Source: Lama guanicoe
Taxonomy: Eukaryota
DNA length: 64,000 nt
Direction: 5' to 3'
NCBI GenBank assembly: GCA_013239625.1
Contig: MU054391.1
Span: 8,713,095-8,777,094 of the forward strand
Made by a program: the position numbers and the translations under genes. The notes below the pieces were generated by a model. That model saw only the letters and a program-made list of their open reading frames with translations. It did not search any database and was not told the origin of the DNA. Positions 53,630-64,000 of this stretch are shown here, piece by piece (position 1 is the first letter of the stretch; each line of letters starts with the position of its first letter).

Positions 53630-54199
53630 TTAGACTATTCTGAATCCTTCTTGTAAAAATCTGCATGTTAAATCTCTATGCTCCTATTTTGTGCCATCAA
53701 TTGGACAATCTTTCTAGTATTATCGTCCTGCGTGAATTGCTGGGGTTCTATGGTGCCATCAATGTTAAGTAAAGAATTCTTCCTCCACCAGACTATGTTT
53801 TAAAGGGCAAAGGCTTTATTTTTTCATTTCTTTTTCCACAGGGTAGAAAAAAACTCATGTGCAATTTTTGTTTTCAAGGCTATAGCCCTCCTGCCTTTCA
53901 CCTTCAGCAATGCTAGCTACATTTTTTATCGAATAATAAATCATTTGGACATTCATTTGGGAAAACTGACACCTTTACAATTGCCATCCGATGCTATGAT
54001 ATGACTCTAAGTCTGAACTTCAGCAATTTGCCTCAAAAACTGTTCGAATCTTTCAAGATTAGATATCTTTATAATATAATTTTGATTGCTGTTGGCAGTA
54101 AGAGATGTTTAGTATTTGTTTGCCTTTTGTATACATGTATTTGTTTTACCAGTATAAACAGCAACTGATTTTCACCACAGAACATTACAAAATACCAGA

Positions 54200-54720
54200 A
54201 GTATATAGAGTGACATCTCAAAGAGAACCATTGACATCACCTTGAAAACTCTATCATCTGACAGTGCTGGCAAGTGTTCACCTGTGGTGTCATTTTATGG
54301 TGCTTTGTCTTCCAATTTATGTGTATACAGAAAATCGTATTTCCAAATATGTCATAGTTACGTGGTTTCCTAGTTTTAACTATTAGAAATGAAAATGTTG
54401 CAGATAAAACATCTACTTACATCTATGTCTGTATCCTTAAATACTTCTTAATTTAATTCCCAAAGTACAGAATTACTAGCTCAAGGGATCTACACATATT
54501 TATAGCCCTTGATACATCCAAATTGTCAACGACAGAGGTGTATGAGCTGGAATAGCTTCCTAGATCCTCACCTCAACTGGCTATTGTCAGGTTTTTATTG
54601 CTTATCCATGGTGAAAACTGATACATCATCATTCTAATTGAATTTTTCTGATTAATCAGATTGAGTTCATCTAATCAATTTTCCATTTATCTTCCTTGTT
54701 TCTCAAATTTCCAATTTACG
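54200..54720 (-). mobile_element. Old L1ME-like 3' region, antisense
   Basis: ttcccaaagtacagaattactagctcaaggg...cttgatacatccaaattg...cagaggtgtatgag...cttcctagatcctcac. Confidence 0.6.
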
Positions 54721-55604
54721 TATGAAAGTAGAGGCCTTTGTGGCTTTAGAAAAATACTCAGTGGAGAAATGTGTAAAGAAGAAACCTCACTCGTCAGCTT
54801 AGGTCACCGTCCTGCCAGCTCATGCCCTGTAGAGCAGGGGTCACAAACCAAGACCTGACTCCTCCCGGGGGTGGGCTAAGGGTGAGACGCAGTGGAGTAC
54901 CCAACACTGATGCTGTGGGGACAGACGACCGCAGTGCAAGGTGACAGTCTCAATGTCGTTTGACATTTCCAGTTCCGTGGGAGAGGGCAGTTTTTTTCTC
55001 ACCGTGACCTAGCCATGCACTTTCCTTGAGAAGTTCCTCTGCAGATGAACTTCACAACAAGGATTCCATAATAGAATCCGAAGTTATTAATTGACAATTA
55101 TAGTTGGGACTTCGTTTCACTCCAGCACAGGCATAAGAGAGAGAGAGAGTTGAGGATCCCGGCTTGTTCAATTTAAAAGCAGAAGAAATTTAATTTGTTT
55201 AAATCACATTTTTTTCCCAGGGACAGGCCAGAGACAACCTCATTAGTGACAGAGCTCTTTCTCCCAAAAATGCATTTCTTCAGTAGAGAATGGACACCCC
55301 AAGGTGGGACTTTTCGGGCGCCAAATCCTGCTGAAAATTTCTCCTCCAGATTTATTTACCAACCGTATCCTGCGCAGATCATCCAGCAGTTTTATTTCCC
55401 TCTGCTAAATGAATTGGTTTCCTCACAGGGATGGTGTTTTAGGATAAAGTGCATTTTGCACACTTTTACGGTTATGTTCAATAACACTAATCATATCACG
55501 ACGACGAAGAATTTGCATGAGAGAAGGTAATCCCAGAGGTGAGCTCGTCTCATCACTTCAGTGTGCAGGCAGGCACCAAAAGAAACACGACATGAAGCGG
55601 GTTG

Positions 55605-55750
55605 AGATACAGCTGGCTGACGTGCCTGTCTCCCACAATAGGCACCAGAGCATCTCAGAGAGGACGTCGCCTCATTCGGCTGTGTACCCCTAAGGCCTGA
55701 CGTGGCTCTTCTCGTCCACCTGGGAAGGAGTTATTAAATATCTACAGAAT
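55605..55750 (+). mobile_element. L2 3' fragment
   Basis: gcctgtctcccaca...cagagcatctcagagaggac...ctcattcggctgtgtacccc. Confidence 0.5.
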
Positions 55751-56329
55751 ATGAGACTTTCTCAAAGTTGAATATAACTTCCTGGGTGATAGCAAACTTA
55801 AAGTAGTGAAACAGCAAATGTTCTATTACAATTACAAAAGGGATTGCTGTTGATTGTAAGACAAAGTTACAAGATACTGAATGTCCTTGAACAGAACAGA
55901 AAAATGTAACAATCTAGCGTCTCATAGAACCTACTGAAATCACTTTGAAATATTGATGCATATGATCTTACCAGGAAAATATTCCCCTTTGGTGCCATCT
56001 TAATGGTTGCACCATCTTCCTTCTGATAAGGAAATTAAAGCAGAAATCCCTAGCTTGGTTTGACTCTACTCCCTGAAAACTCATTCATACTTGAAATGTT
56101 TTCATACATTAAAAATATATGAAATTTCAATATGTGAAAATTAGAGGGGGCAGTAGGTTCATGCTTTTCATGTCAATGACTGACTTGCAAGATAAATCAC
56201 GGAATAATTCCAGAAAAACGTTACGGATGAATCAACAGATCAAGGCCAGGCGTGGGCAAAATTACCTCGCTATTGTCAATTTGTCTGGAGCGCTGTAATG
56301 TCAATAGTCATTTTTATACGTGGACACCG

Positions 56330-56895
56330 TCATTTATTCCATTAATGTTAACAGAGCACTGACTAGGTTCCAAAGATTGTATGTGGTGCTGCAGACACAG
56401 AAGTGAATACAGCACACTTAGCAACTTCAAGAAGGCTAGGGTATTTTGGTGGCAGATAAACATATTAAAAGATGATTACGTAATGTCTGGTAAGTGCTGA
56501 CATAGCTAGAAGTAGTTAATCCTATGTCAGTATCTAATTCAGCTTGAGCCTTTTAGTAAGAAGAGTCGATGGCTAAACAAGTCTTGAGGGAAAAAAATGA
56601 TCATTAATTGAACCATAAGTGGGTCCACATAATATGCTCACATTCTGAGTGACAGTGTGATTCAGTTGCAGAATTAAAACGAAACGAAATTTAAAACATC
56701 CCAGCTGGACCAAAAGGCTGTTAAATTGTATTTAAGCAGAACTCTAGTGTCAGCCATGCACTTGGGTAAGTCATCCAGATTCTTTGAGCCCTTGTTTCTT
56801 TAACTGGCAGATGTAGATAATAGTATATATCTCATGAAGTTGTAGTGATGATTGGAAAAAAACAGCAGACGTGAAGATGGCTAGCACAATTACTT
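56330..56895. mobile_element. Antisense L2 3' fragment (about 56330-56620) and sense MIR (about 56745-56895)
   Basis: catttattccatt...gagcactgactaggttcc...gtgctgcagacacagaagtgaata; cttgggtaagtcatccagattctttgagcccttgtttctt. Confidence 0.6.
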
Positions 56896-57039
56896 CCCCT
56901 GGAAATGTGGTACCAACGGAATAAGACTTAGATTAATCTGAATCATGTAAGCAAAATGCAAGACACAAGAGACATGTAAGGAATTAACTCTTTTTTTCTA
57001 AGTACATATAGAACAGTTCAAAAGATACATACTGATGAA

Positions 57040-57262
57040 ATAAAAATATATAAAATATAATATATCATATACTGTATACATGTAACATAAATATATTTAC
57101 TATATAACGTGCAACATAAATTGATACTAGGTTTATACTATAATATATATTATATAATATAACATATATTTGGGTATACACTATATCTAATATATATATA
57201 CAGATAAATAATATATATTATAACATATATTGATATATAAAATATGCTCCATCTTATATAAT
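57040..57262. repeat. AT-rich low-complexity (TA-rich) tract
   Basis: About 220 bp dominated by atat/tata/aata units. Confidence 0.8.
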
Positions 57263-57334
57263 TAAATGCTGTCATTTAATAGTGAAAATGTTAGTTAAAA
57301 ATCAATAATGTCAATAACATCAAAAACAAGAAAA

Positions 57335-57560
57335 TTAATTGCTAACGTTTATTGAGACCTTAGTGGATCCCAGAAACTGAGCTTGAGAACTTTATGTGCT
57401 ATCTTCACTTATTATCACAAAAATGCTGTGAAAAACATATTATTTTCACTTTACAGATGAATATATTGAACGTTGGAGAACTAAAAATACAATTCTAAAA
57501 ACCTACAACTAGTAAATGTGAGAGCCAGGATTAAAGTCCATGCCATACCCTTGACAATTC
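57335..57560 (-). mobile_element. MIR SINE
   Basis: gctaacgtttattgagac...attattttcactttacagatgaatatattga...agagccaggatt. Confidence 0.75.
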
Positions 57561-57804
57561 TATTAAGTGTTTTTGGAAATAAATGGAATAAGGTAACAAT
57601 AATTTGCTGGTGGAAAAGGTGGGATTCTTCCCCAAGCTTTGAAGAAAATGGTTTCCTCCCTCCATGACTGCCTCTGTCCCAGCCTCCCTCTCTCCATTTC
57701 TTCCTTCTTAACACAATGTCACTGTTCGTATTCTAGGACTATGATTTATAAATTTTTGAGCGTATATTCTGTTCAAAATTTAATCTGGAATCTGAATATC
57801 AGAA

Positions 57805-58175
57805 ACCCAGATTTAAAGTGAAGCAAGTGAGGAGGTGCCAAAAAAAACTAAGTAATTAAGATAAGCAGTATTTAATGCAATATTTTAAAATGTAAACATT
57901 AATGAAAAAAATCCACAAGCTACGATGAACAAATTATTAAAATTTTAAACAAAGACAGGATCCAACCTTGTATTTGCAGGACCTTATCTCACCCTAATAC
58001 CAGCCAAGTTTCCGATAAAACTTTATTTACACAATAGGTGGCCAGTCTATGGGCTATAGTTTGTTTATTTGATTTCCTAAGATTGCATTAAATATTATTT
58101 ATGTCAGTTACTGAGGTTTGGGCATTTTTTCAATTCAAGGCAAATGCCTCACTCATCTTATCCTAAACCTGGTTC
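57805..58175. mobile_element. MER96B-like (hAT-Tip100) DNA element
   Basis: gcaagtgaggaggtgccaaaaaaaactaagtaattaagataag...aatgcaatatttt...aaagacaggatccaaccttgtatttgcaggacc...ctcaccctaat; internal inverted similarity at 58085-58170. Confidence 0.8.
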
Positions 58176-59009
58176 CATAATCTTAAAATAAAACCCAGTG
58201 ATAATACTGGTCAAAGGGTAGTGGCTTGGGTTAACAGGGGTCGAGGGACCAAAAGCTTCCCTCGTGGAATTTGGTTGACTCCCTCCTCCTTCCTCCCCCA
58301 CTGCCTTTACCACCACATCATCCCAGCGTCGTCTGAGGTTCTCAAGAGTCTAAGATTACAGAACTTCAGGGCAGCCTCTAAGACTGGATAACATTCAATC
58401 TGGGGAAATGGAGCTCTTCCATATAGAATTTGAATCCCTAATTAGGAAAGAAAAAAAGCATGTTATCAGAGTAGTTTAACTCCTATGTAACTACTCCACA
58501 ATATGGCAGAGAGAAAATTTTTATGATAGCTAAGTCGTCGTTTTCCACATACATCGTGAATCTCGAATTGCAGTTCTTTTTGTCCCTGTGGCTTTTTTTT
58601 TTTTTTGTCACAGGTTTGCTTTAAATCTTAATTTCAAATGCGGTGGGGTGTGTGTGTGTGAGCGTGCACGTGTGAGCATGCACACACCTGCGCCTAACCG
58701 AAGCTAAGGTCTGTTGAATCTCCTTTTTCAGGTTGGCATCTACATAACTAACGCTTCAAGAATCATCAGTGTGTTTTTTCCTCAAAATTCCCTTCTTGAG
58801 AAGCAAGGAACAGCGTCTCTTAAGAGCAGATTAGAGGTGAGCGTGAGTGTGCTTCTGAGGAATTGTGAATGCCTCATCCCTGACACTCAGCAGAGGACTC
58901 ATTTTTCCTTCCTCTTTGTGGGACTGACAGGTATTCACCTTCCTTCCATTTTTTTTTTTTTTTTGCTCTTAATACTTTTAATTCCAAATTTTTCAAAGAT
59001 TTTTTTGAG

Positions 59010-59108
59010 TTTTTTTTAATTGAAGCATAGTCAGTTTGCAATGCTGTGTCAGTTTCTGGTGTACAGCAAAATAGTGCAGTCACACACATACATACATATG
59101 TTCGTTTC
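59010..59108 (-). mobile_element. Short antisense young L1 3' tail
   Basis: T-run then aattgaagcatagtcagtttgcaatgctgtgtcagtttctggtgtacagc, the reverse complement of the tail seen at 53558-53607. Confidence 0.88.
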
Positions 59109-59311
59109 AGTTTAATAGGTGTTCCCACACATACGATGTGCGGGTCTTAGTGTGTCGACACACCTTAGCTTAACTGTTGACACAAATAAGCCCTGTCTCC
59201 TTCCCCACCCACAGCCACCCACATATGCACCCAGACAGAGCTACCAACACAAGAACTTTACTTGATGCCTCCGATTATTTTTTTCCTTTGCCTTAATATG
59301 ATTTTCTCAAC

Positions 59312-59620
59312 CAAAACAGAAACAGACTCACAGATACAGAAAACAAACTTATATGGTTACCGGGGGAGGGAGGGATGGAGATGGGGAGAAGGGATACATT
59401 GGGAATTCGAGATTTGCAGATACTACCTACCCTATATTAAATAGATAAACAACAAGTTTCTACTATTATAGCACAGGGAACTATATTCCATATCTTGCAG
59501 TAACCTATAATGAAAAAGAATATGAAAACTAATACATGTATGACTGAACTATTATGCTGTGCGCTAGAAATTGACAGCATTGTAAACTGATTATACTTCA
59601 ATAAAAAAATGAATAAAAAG
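59312..59620 (+). mobile_element. Young lineage-type L1 3' UTR with A-rich tail
   Basis: aaaacagaaacagactcacagatacagaaaacaaactt...tatagcacagggaactatattc...agaaattgacagcattgtaaactgattatacttcaataaaaaa. Confidence 0.92.
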
Positions 59621-59984
59621 TTACTTATCACTGGTCCTAAAACCTCTAAAATTCCAGTCCTTGGAACTTTGGTGACAGGATACCCATAAGTAGAACATTG
59701 TCCCCCTGCATCTATTTAAGTGTCCTTTCACACAAAAATGACACCCAGTATTCTTAAACGGAATGATGATAACTTTGGGGACATTCATTTCCAGTGTACT
59801 ACAGACCACAAACTACTTCAGTTTCATAGGCAATTGGGGAAATTTTTTTTCCTTGAACCAAGATTAGACTGACAAATCTCTAACCCAGTGCACAAAAATT
59901 AAAAAGGAGTCATACTCAATAATAGAAATAGAAGATACACTACGGCTCAACTTTTCTAACAGTATTCAGAGGGACACAATCTAT

Positions 59985-60110
59985 ACTCTGGTTTACCTCT
60001 TAAAAGCTGTGCAAACTTGGACAATTTTCTCAGGGGAGAAAACAGCCGAGGATGTTAATTATACTTCATGTGAAGGATTATTATGAGTCTAAACTGGATC
60101 ACGTACGTGA
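59985..60110 (+). mobile_element. MIR fragment
   Basis: agctgtgcaaacttggacaa...atacttcatgtgaaggattattatgag. Confidence 0.5.
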
Positions 60111-61242
60111 TTCTAGGGCTGCATCAATATTAATGGAGATTATTTCATGTTGTGACCCTGTCTTCAAAGAGGACAGTGGGATGAGTTGCTGGGTCGTGCA
60201 CGCCAGGTGGTCCTTCAATAATGAGGTCACTACCTTCTCCTTTTCCCCTTGGAGAGGGTTTATGACAGTTCATACTGAGTATACAGAGTTACCCGAAGCA
60301 GAGGTACAAGAAAGGTGTGGGGCTGGCCACAACCAGGAGGCGCTCCTGATCACTGAGCGACATCACACTTCAGATCGTTGCGATCTCCACATCTGGGGGA
60401 GAGGTCCAAGCTGTGATGTTGGAATGGACGCACAGACTACATGTGTGAAAAGGAAAGACATGAACCACGGAGAAGCACGCACAGGTGTGGATTTCCTGAG
60501 TAAACAGACGCCCCTAAACTCATGACCATGTTGAGTCTTAAAAAGTGTGTATCTCGCAGCGCATGTGATCCTCTTTCCCCAGTGCGTAGTTGGAGGAAAT
60601 GTAACTTCTCACTTAGTTGTCTGTATCCATCCGTTAACCATTTTCTGCACCTCTGTTGGTGAGGCTGTTATGTAGGTAGTGGGAATATAAAAGCTGTGAG
60701 TTTCTTGTCCTCAATGAACTAATAATGCAATAATAATAAATGACTTGTAAGTCAGTTCAGAGGATAGGATTAGAGCAGGAAATGACAACTATCAATGCAT
60801 AATGTTACGTTTTACAAAGGACTTTCCCATTTGTTAATCTGATCAACACGCACCAACACTGTGAGGTAGCACGTGCATTCTCCCATCAAATATCCTTCCA
60901 ATATTTCGGGAGTTCTCCCTGTGCGAACCCAGACATCCACCCTCTTCCAGACTCTTGCAGGTAGAATTTATTGATTTATTGATTTGAATTTAAATATGTG
61001 GTGAAGATATGCATAATTAGAAGCGCCCAGTCTGGACCTCAGTTGGAAGCAATAAACTAAAGAGGGGGCTTCTGGGATATAGTAATGGTTTCAGCTGGGT
61101 TCCTGGGAGCAGCACCCAGTATGACCATGAATGTTCAGTGTGACTGGTGGTCTCCTCCGCAGGTTGGATGGGGGTCTAGCTTTCAATTTTCATCACGGAA
61201 GCTCCATTTGTTCCAGTTTTGCAGATTTCCCAGGGATTCTCC

Positions 61243-61690
61243 TGTAACCAAGCAGAACCCCTCCTCCATGTCCTCTGCTGTAGCTCCTCTCGGAAGTACA
61301 AAGATAACAGTATCTCATGTGCATTTCCTGAGTTTTTCAGATGCTTCAAACCACCACTAAAGGGGAGAAATTTACTACTTGATGATGGTGAGCACGTGGC
61401 CCCCAGACCTTCTGGGGCCCAGGGATTGGTAGCGCTGACCAGCCTGTACCCTCCACATCACCCAGAGAACTGTGCGCAAGCTGATCACGTGCCTTGGAAC
61501 ACCCCACCCTCCCTTACCTGGCCTTTAAATATACTTTGCTGAAGCCCTTCAGGGAGTTCAGCTTTTCTTGGGCGTGAGCCACCCCACCCTCCTTGCTCAG
61601 CTCTGCAATAAACATTACTCTGCTCCAAACCATGTTTCAGTGTCTTCGGTCTCATGGTGTGGTAGGCACACGAACTTGCCTTTGGTAGCA
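61243..61690 (+). mobile_element. ERV solo LTR (probably ERV1 class, cetartiodactyl type), apparently inserted in an older LTR remnant
   Basis: Starts TGTAACC and ends GGTAGCA (TG...CA); TATA-like tttaaatata at about 61524; AATAAA at 61607; resembles LTRs I recall from cetartiodactyl genomes. No clear TSD. Confidence 0.85.
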
Positions 61691-61785
61691 CAACGAACTG
61701 CTCAATAATCTGTTTTAATGCATTTCTTTTCTGCTTAAAATTGCAAGTGTGAATTCTGTTGTCTGGAAATAAGAACTCTGATTCT
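61691..61785 (+). mobile_element. 3' end of an ancient LTR
   Basis: ttttctgcttaaaattgcaagtgtgaattctgttgtctggaaataagaactctga, a typical old ERVL/MaLR LTR terminus. Confidence 0.5.
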
Positions 61786-62114
61786 TCCAGCTATATTTTA
61801 GCATGTCAGTCTTACTGCATGATGAACAAAATAATCTATGGAGAGACTAAACTTGTAAAATACGGAGGAAATTAGTATCTGTATATTCAGCCTCTAGTTC
61901 AGTTAGGTGAACATATGTCTGAAGCCACCCAGGATTACCCTGGTTTATACCTCCATCCTTCTTCCCAGAGGCTGGAGTTCGGTGTCACTGTAAACCTAAG
62001 GTATTGATTAATTTCTTTTTGTTAGTTTTGCTTTGTTATATTTTTCTCCAGATCAGCTTTTTAGAAATTCTTTTTGCAAAAGCAGATCATTTTCATTTTC
62101 TTTTTCCCCAAGTT

Positions 62115-62317
62115 AATTTAGTTTTTCCTGCTTTATTAAGGTATGATTGACAAATAAAAGTTGTATATATTTAAGGTGTATGATGTGATGTTTTGATATA
62201 CGTTTACATTGTGAAATGATTACCACAATCAAGCTAATTGACACATCTATCACTTTACATGAGTACGTGTGTGTGTGTATGTGTGTGTGTGTGTGTGTTG
62301 AGAATACCTAAGATCTT
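62115..62317 (-). mobile_element. L1MA-type 3' end, antisense, with internal (GT)n
   Basis: gctttattaaggtatgattgacaaataaaagttgtatatatttaaggtgtatgatgtgatgttttgatatacg...cacaatcaagctaatt; (GT)n at 62267-62298. Confidence 0.9.
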
Positions 62318-63704
62318 CATTGCTCTCAAAAGTGTTCCAGTTCAGAGGATAAACAATACGATAGTTTTCATGATGGTTTTCAAGGATAAGTGGTCAACAA
62401 ATTTCTGTTAAACGAGTAAAGTAATAGAAATATATTATGAACATACCATGACATTTCACTCAATCCTTTGGGAAGGAAACGATTGGGATGGAGGAGGGGC
62501 AGAATCAACCAAGAACTCCTCAGCTGGGGAAGGTCTTTTCTTTTCCAGTGAACTATACTTTCTATAAATGCGATATTTCTTCTCACCTAGAAAATGTCCT
62601 CTAGTGAAGCACTTGGCATGCCTTTCTATAGGAGCAGTTTGTAGAACCATCACACACACACACACGCTCACACCCAATGGCCTCAAAGCTAAAACAGAAG
62701 AATCCTTTTGACATCTTCACTTCTAAATCAGATACTCAAGTGTTTTACTATTTATGTATCAAAAGGAGAACATTTATTAAAATCTTGGTCTGCACACTTA
62801 CAACTGAGCTTAAAACATAATAATATATTTCCCACTTTGCCATCGAAGTGTATCAGTCAAAAGTAAGTGTAAATTTGTGCACAGTGCAATTATGCATTGA
62901 CAAATAAATTAATAATGAATCATCCAAGTTTTGTATAAACAGAGCTTTCTTATTTTTTTAAATTAACAACTAGAAGTTCTATCCAAACAGAGCCACGTGT
63001 TTCTCTGTTGGAATGTTAACAGGAGCTCACACAAAGGAGTAGTATTTTTTTAAGCCTGGGAATGAGTAAATAGACTAAAATAAAGAAGATTGGACTGAAA
63101 TTAATATAAACCCAAACAGACTTAAGTCCATATCTTTATTCAGGCTAATATGCTTTAAAAATTGGCTTTACTCTGTCCTGCCAAAATATTCTTTCTAGAC
63201 TCACAAGTCACTCAACTGCTTTGAATTCTACTTTATATTTATAATTTATGTCTTCACTGCTTCCAAGCTAGACGAGAGGCAGCTTGCCACAAAGATCTAA
63301 GTGTAAATGTAGTTTTAGAAACAGATAGAGGTGTGGATATCCATACACATACCCACAGGAAAGTTAAAATGAAAAACAGGAGAAGAGGAAAAGTTATACA
63401 GAAAGGAGATGATAGCTGTGTTAGGAACCAATCTGAAATGTATTCAGGACTCCCCAGCAGCCGAGATAAAAAAGGAAAGAGAATTGATTATATGGTAACT
63501 AGCTCACTCAAACGCATTCCAGAGTATTAATCATAATCTCTTCTAACAGGCTGTCCATCATATACTGCGTGGAGGCAGATTTGGGTTGTCAATCGTGTCT
63601 CCAGTGTTCTCTTTAGAAGATGACAATGATAAGTAAATGCGTTATTTCTCTAAGTAAAAATAAAAGGCAAAAATGGGAATTTATATTCCAAAGTGATAAT
63701 GATT

Positions 63705-63860
63705 TGATACGAATCAGGCCCCTCTTCTGTCCTTACTACTTAGGCGCTCTTAAGAAAATCATCCTTCATTTCAAAAACACTGGATAATAATAATAATTCA
63801 GCAGGTTATTATCAGAACCATCATGTCAATGTACCAAGTTATACATTATGAGCTATAAAG
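63705..63860 (+). mobile_element. MIR fragment
   Basis: gaatcaggcccctcttctgtccttactacttag...ccttcatttcaaaaacactggataataata...caggttattatcag. Confidence 0.5.
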
Positions 63861-64000
63861 CTTCGTACAGATATCAGTTGCCACTATGGTCACTGCTATA
63901 TTTCTTAAAATAGCATATGTGTAGAGGGGGAGGATCAGAAGGGAGATTGACACGTGTGCAATTGACACAAGTATTAGTGGTCGTCTGAACCAACTTTTCT

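Noticed and set aside
59362..59403. G-quadruplex-like G runs
   Set aside because: Ordinary G-rich tract of the L1 3' UTR.
60052..60525. Longest ORF in the window (157 aa)
   Set aside because: Begins inside a MIR fragment, has no recognisable domain and no convincing gene context.
1..64000. Prokaryotic or viral systems (operons, CRISPR arrays, defence islands), tRNA/rRNA genes, processed pseudogenes, NUMTs
   Set aside because: None recognised; composition and repeat content are those of mammalian non-coding DNA. Short structured RNAs cannot be excluded without an Infernal/Rfam search.

Overview
AT-rich mammalian genomic DNA, intronic or intergenic, roughly half made of recognisable interspersed repeats: many L1 fragments of different ages, MIR and L2 relics, a 3'-truncated Tigger1, MER3 and MER96B DNA elements, MaLR (MLT1), MLT2 and MER74 LTRs, and a younger ERV solo LTR. 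The youngest L1 3' tails are of cetartiodactyl type and I see no ruminant (Bov-A/BovB), pig (PRE1) or primate (Alu) repeats, which points to a camelid (inference). I recognise no known protein-coding gene, RNA gene or prokaryotic system. The ORF-track proteins are transposon remnants or look like chance frames. I cannot support a claim of a new biological system. The best leads, all hypotheses: a phase-consistent three-exon chain on the minus strand (4434-5798), an overlapping NF-kB/STAT6 element in a repeat-free island at about 13.9 kb, two plus-strand exon candidates bracketed by inverted L1 tails (53.5-59.6 kb), and a strong plus-strand L1 bias. Repeat names and boundaries come from recalled consensus sequences by eye and are approximate.
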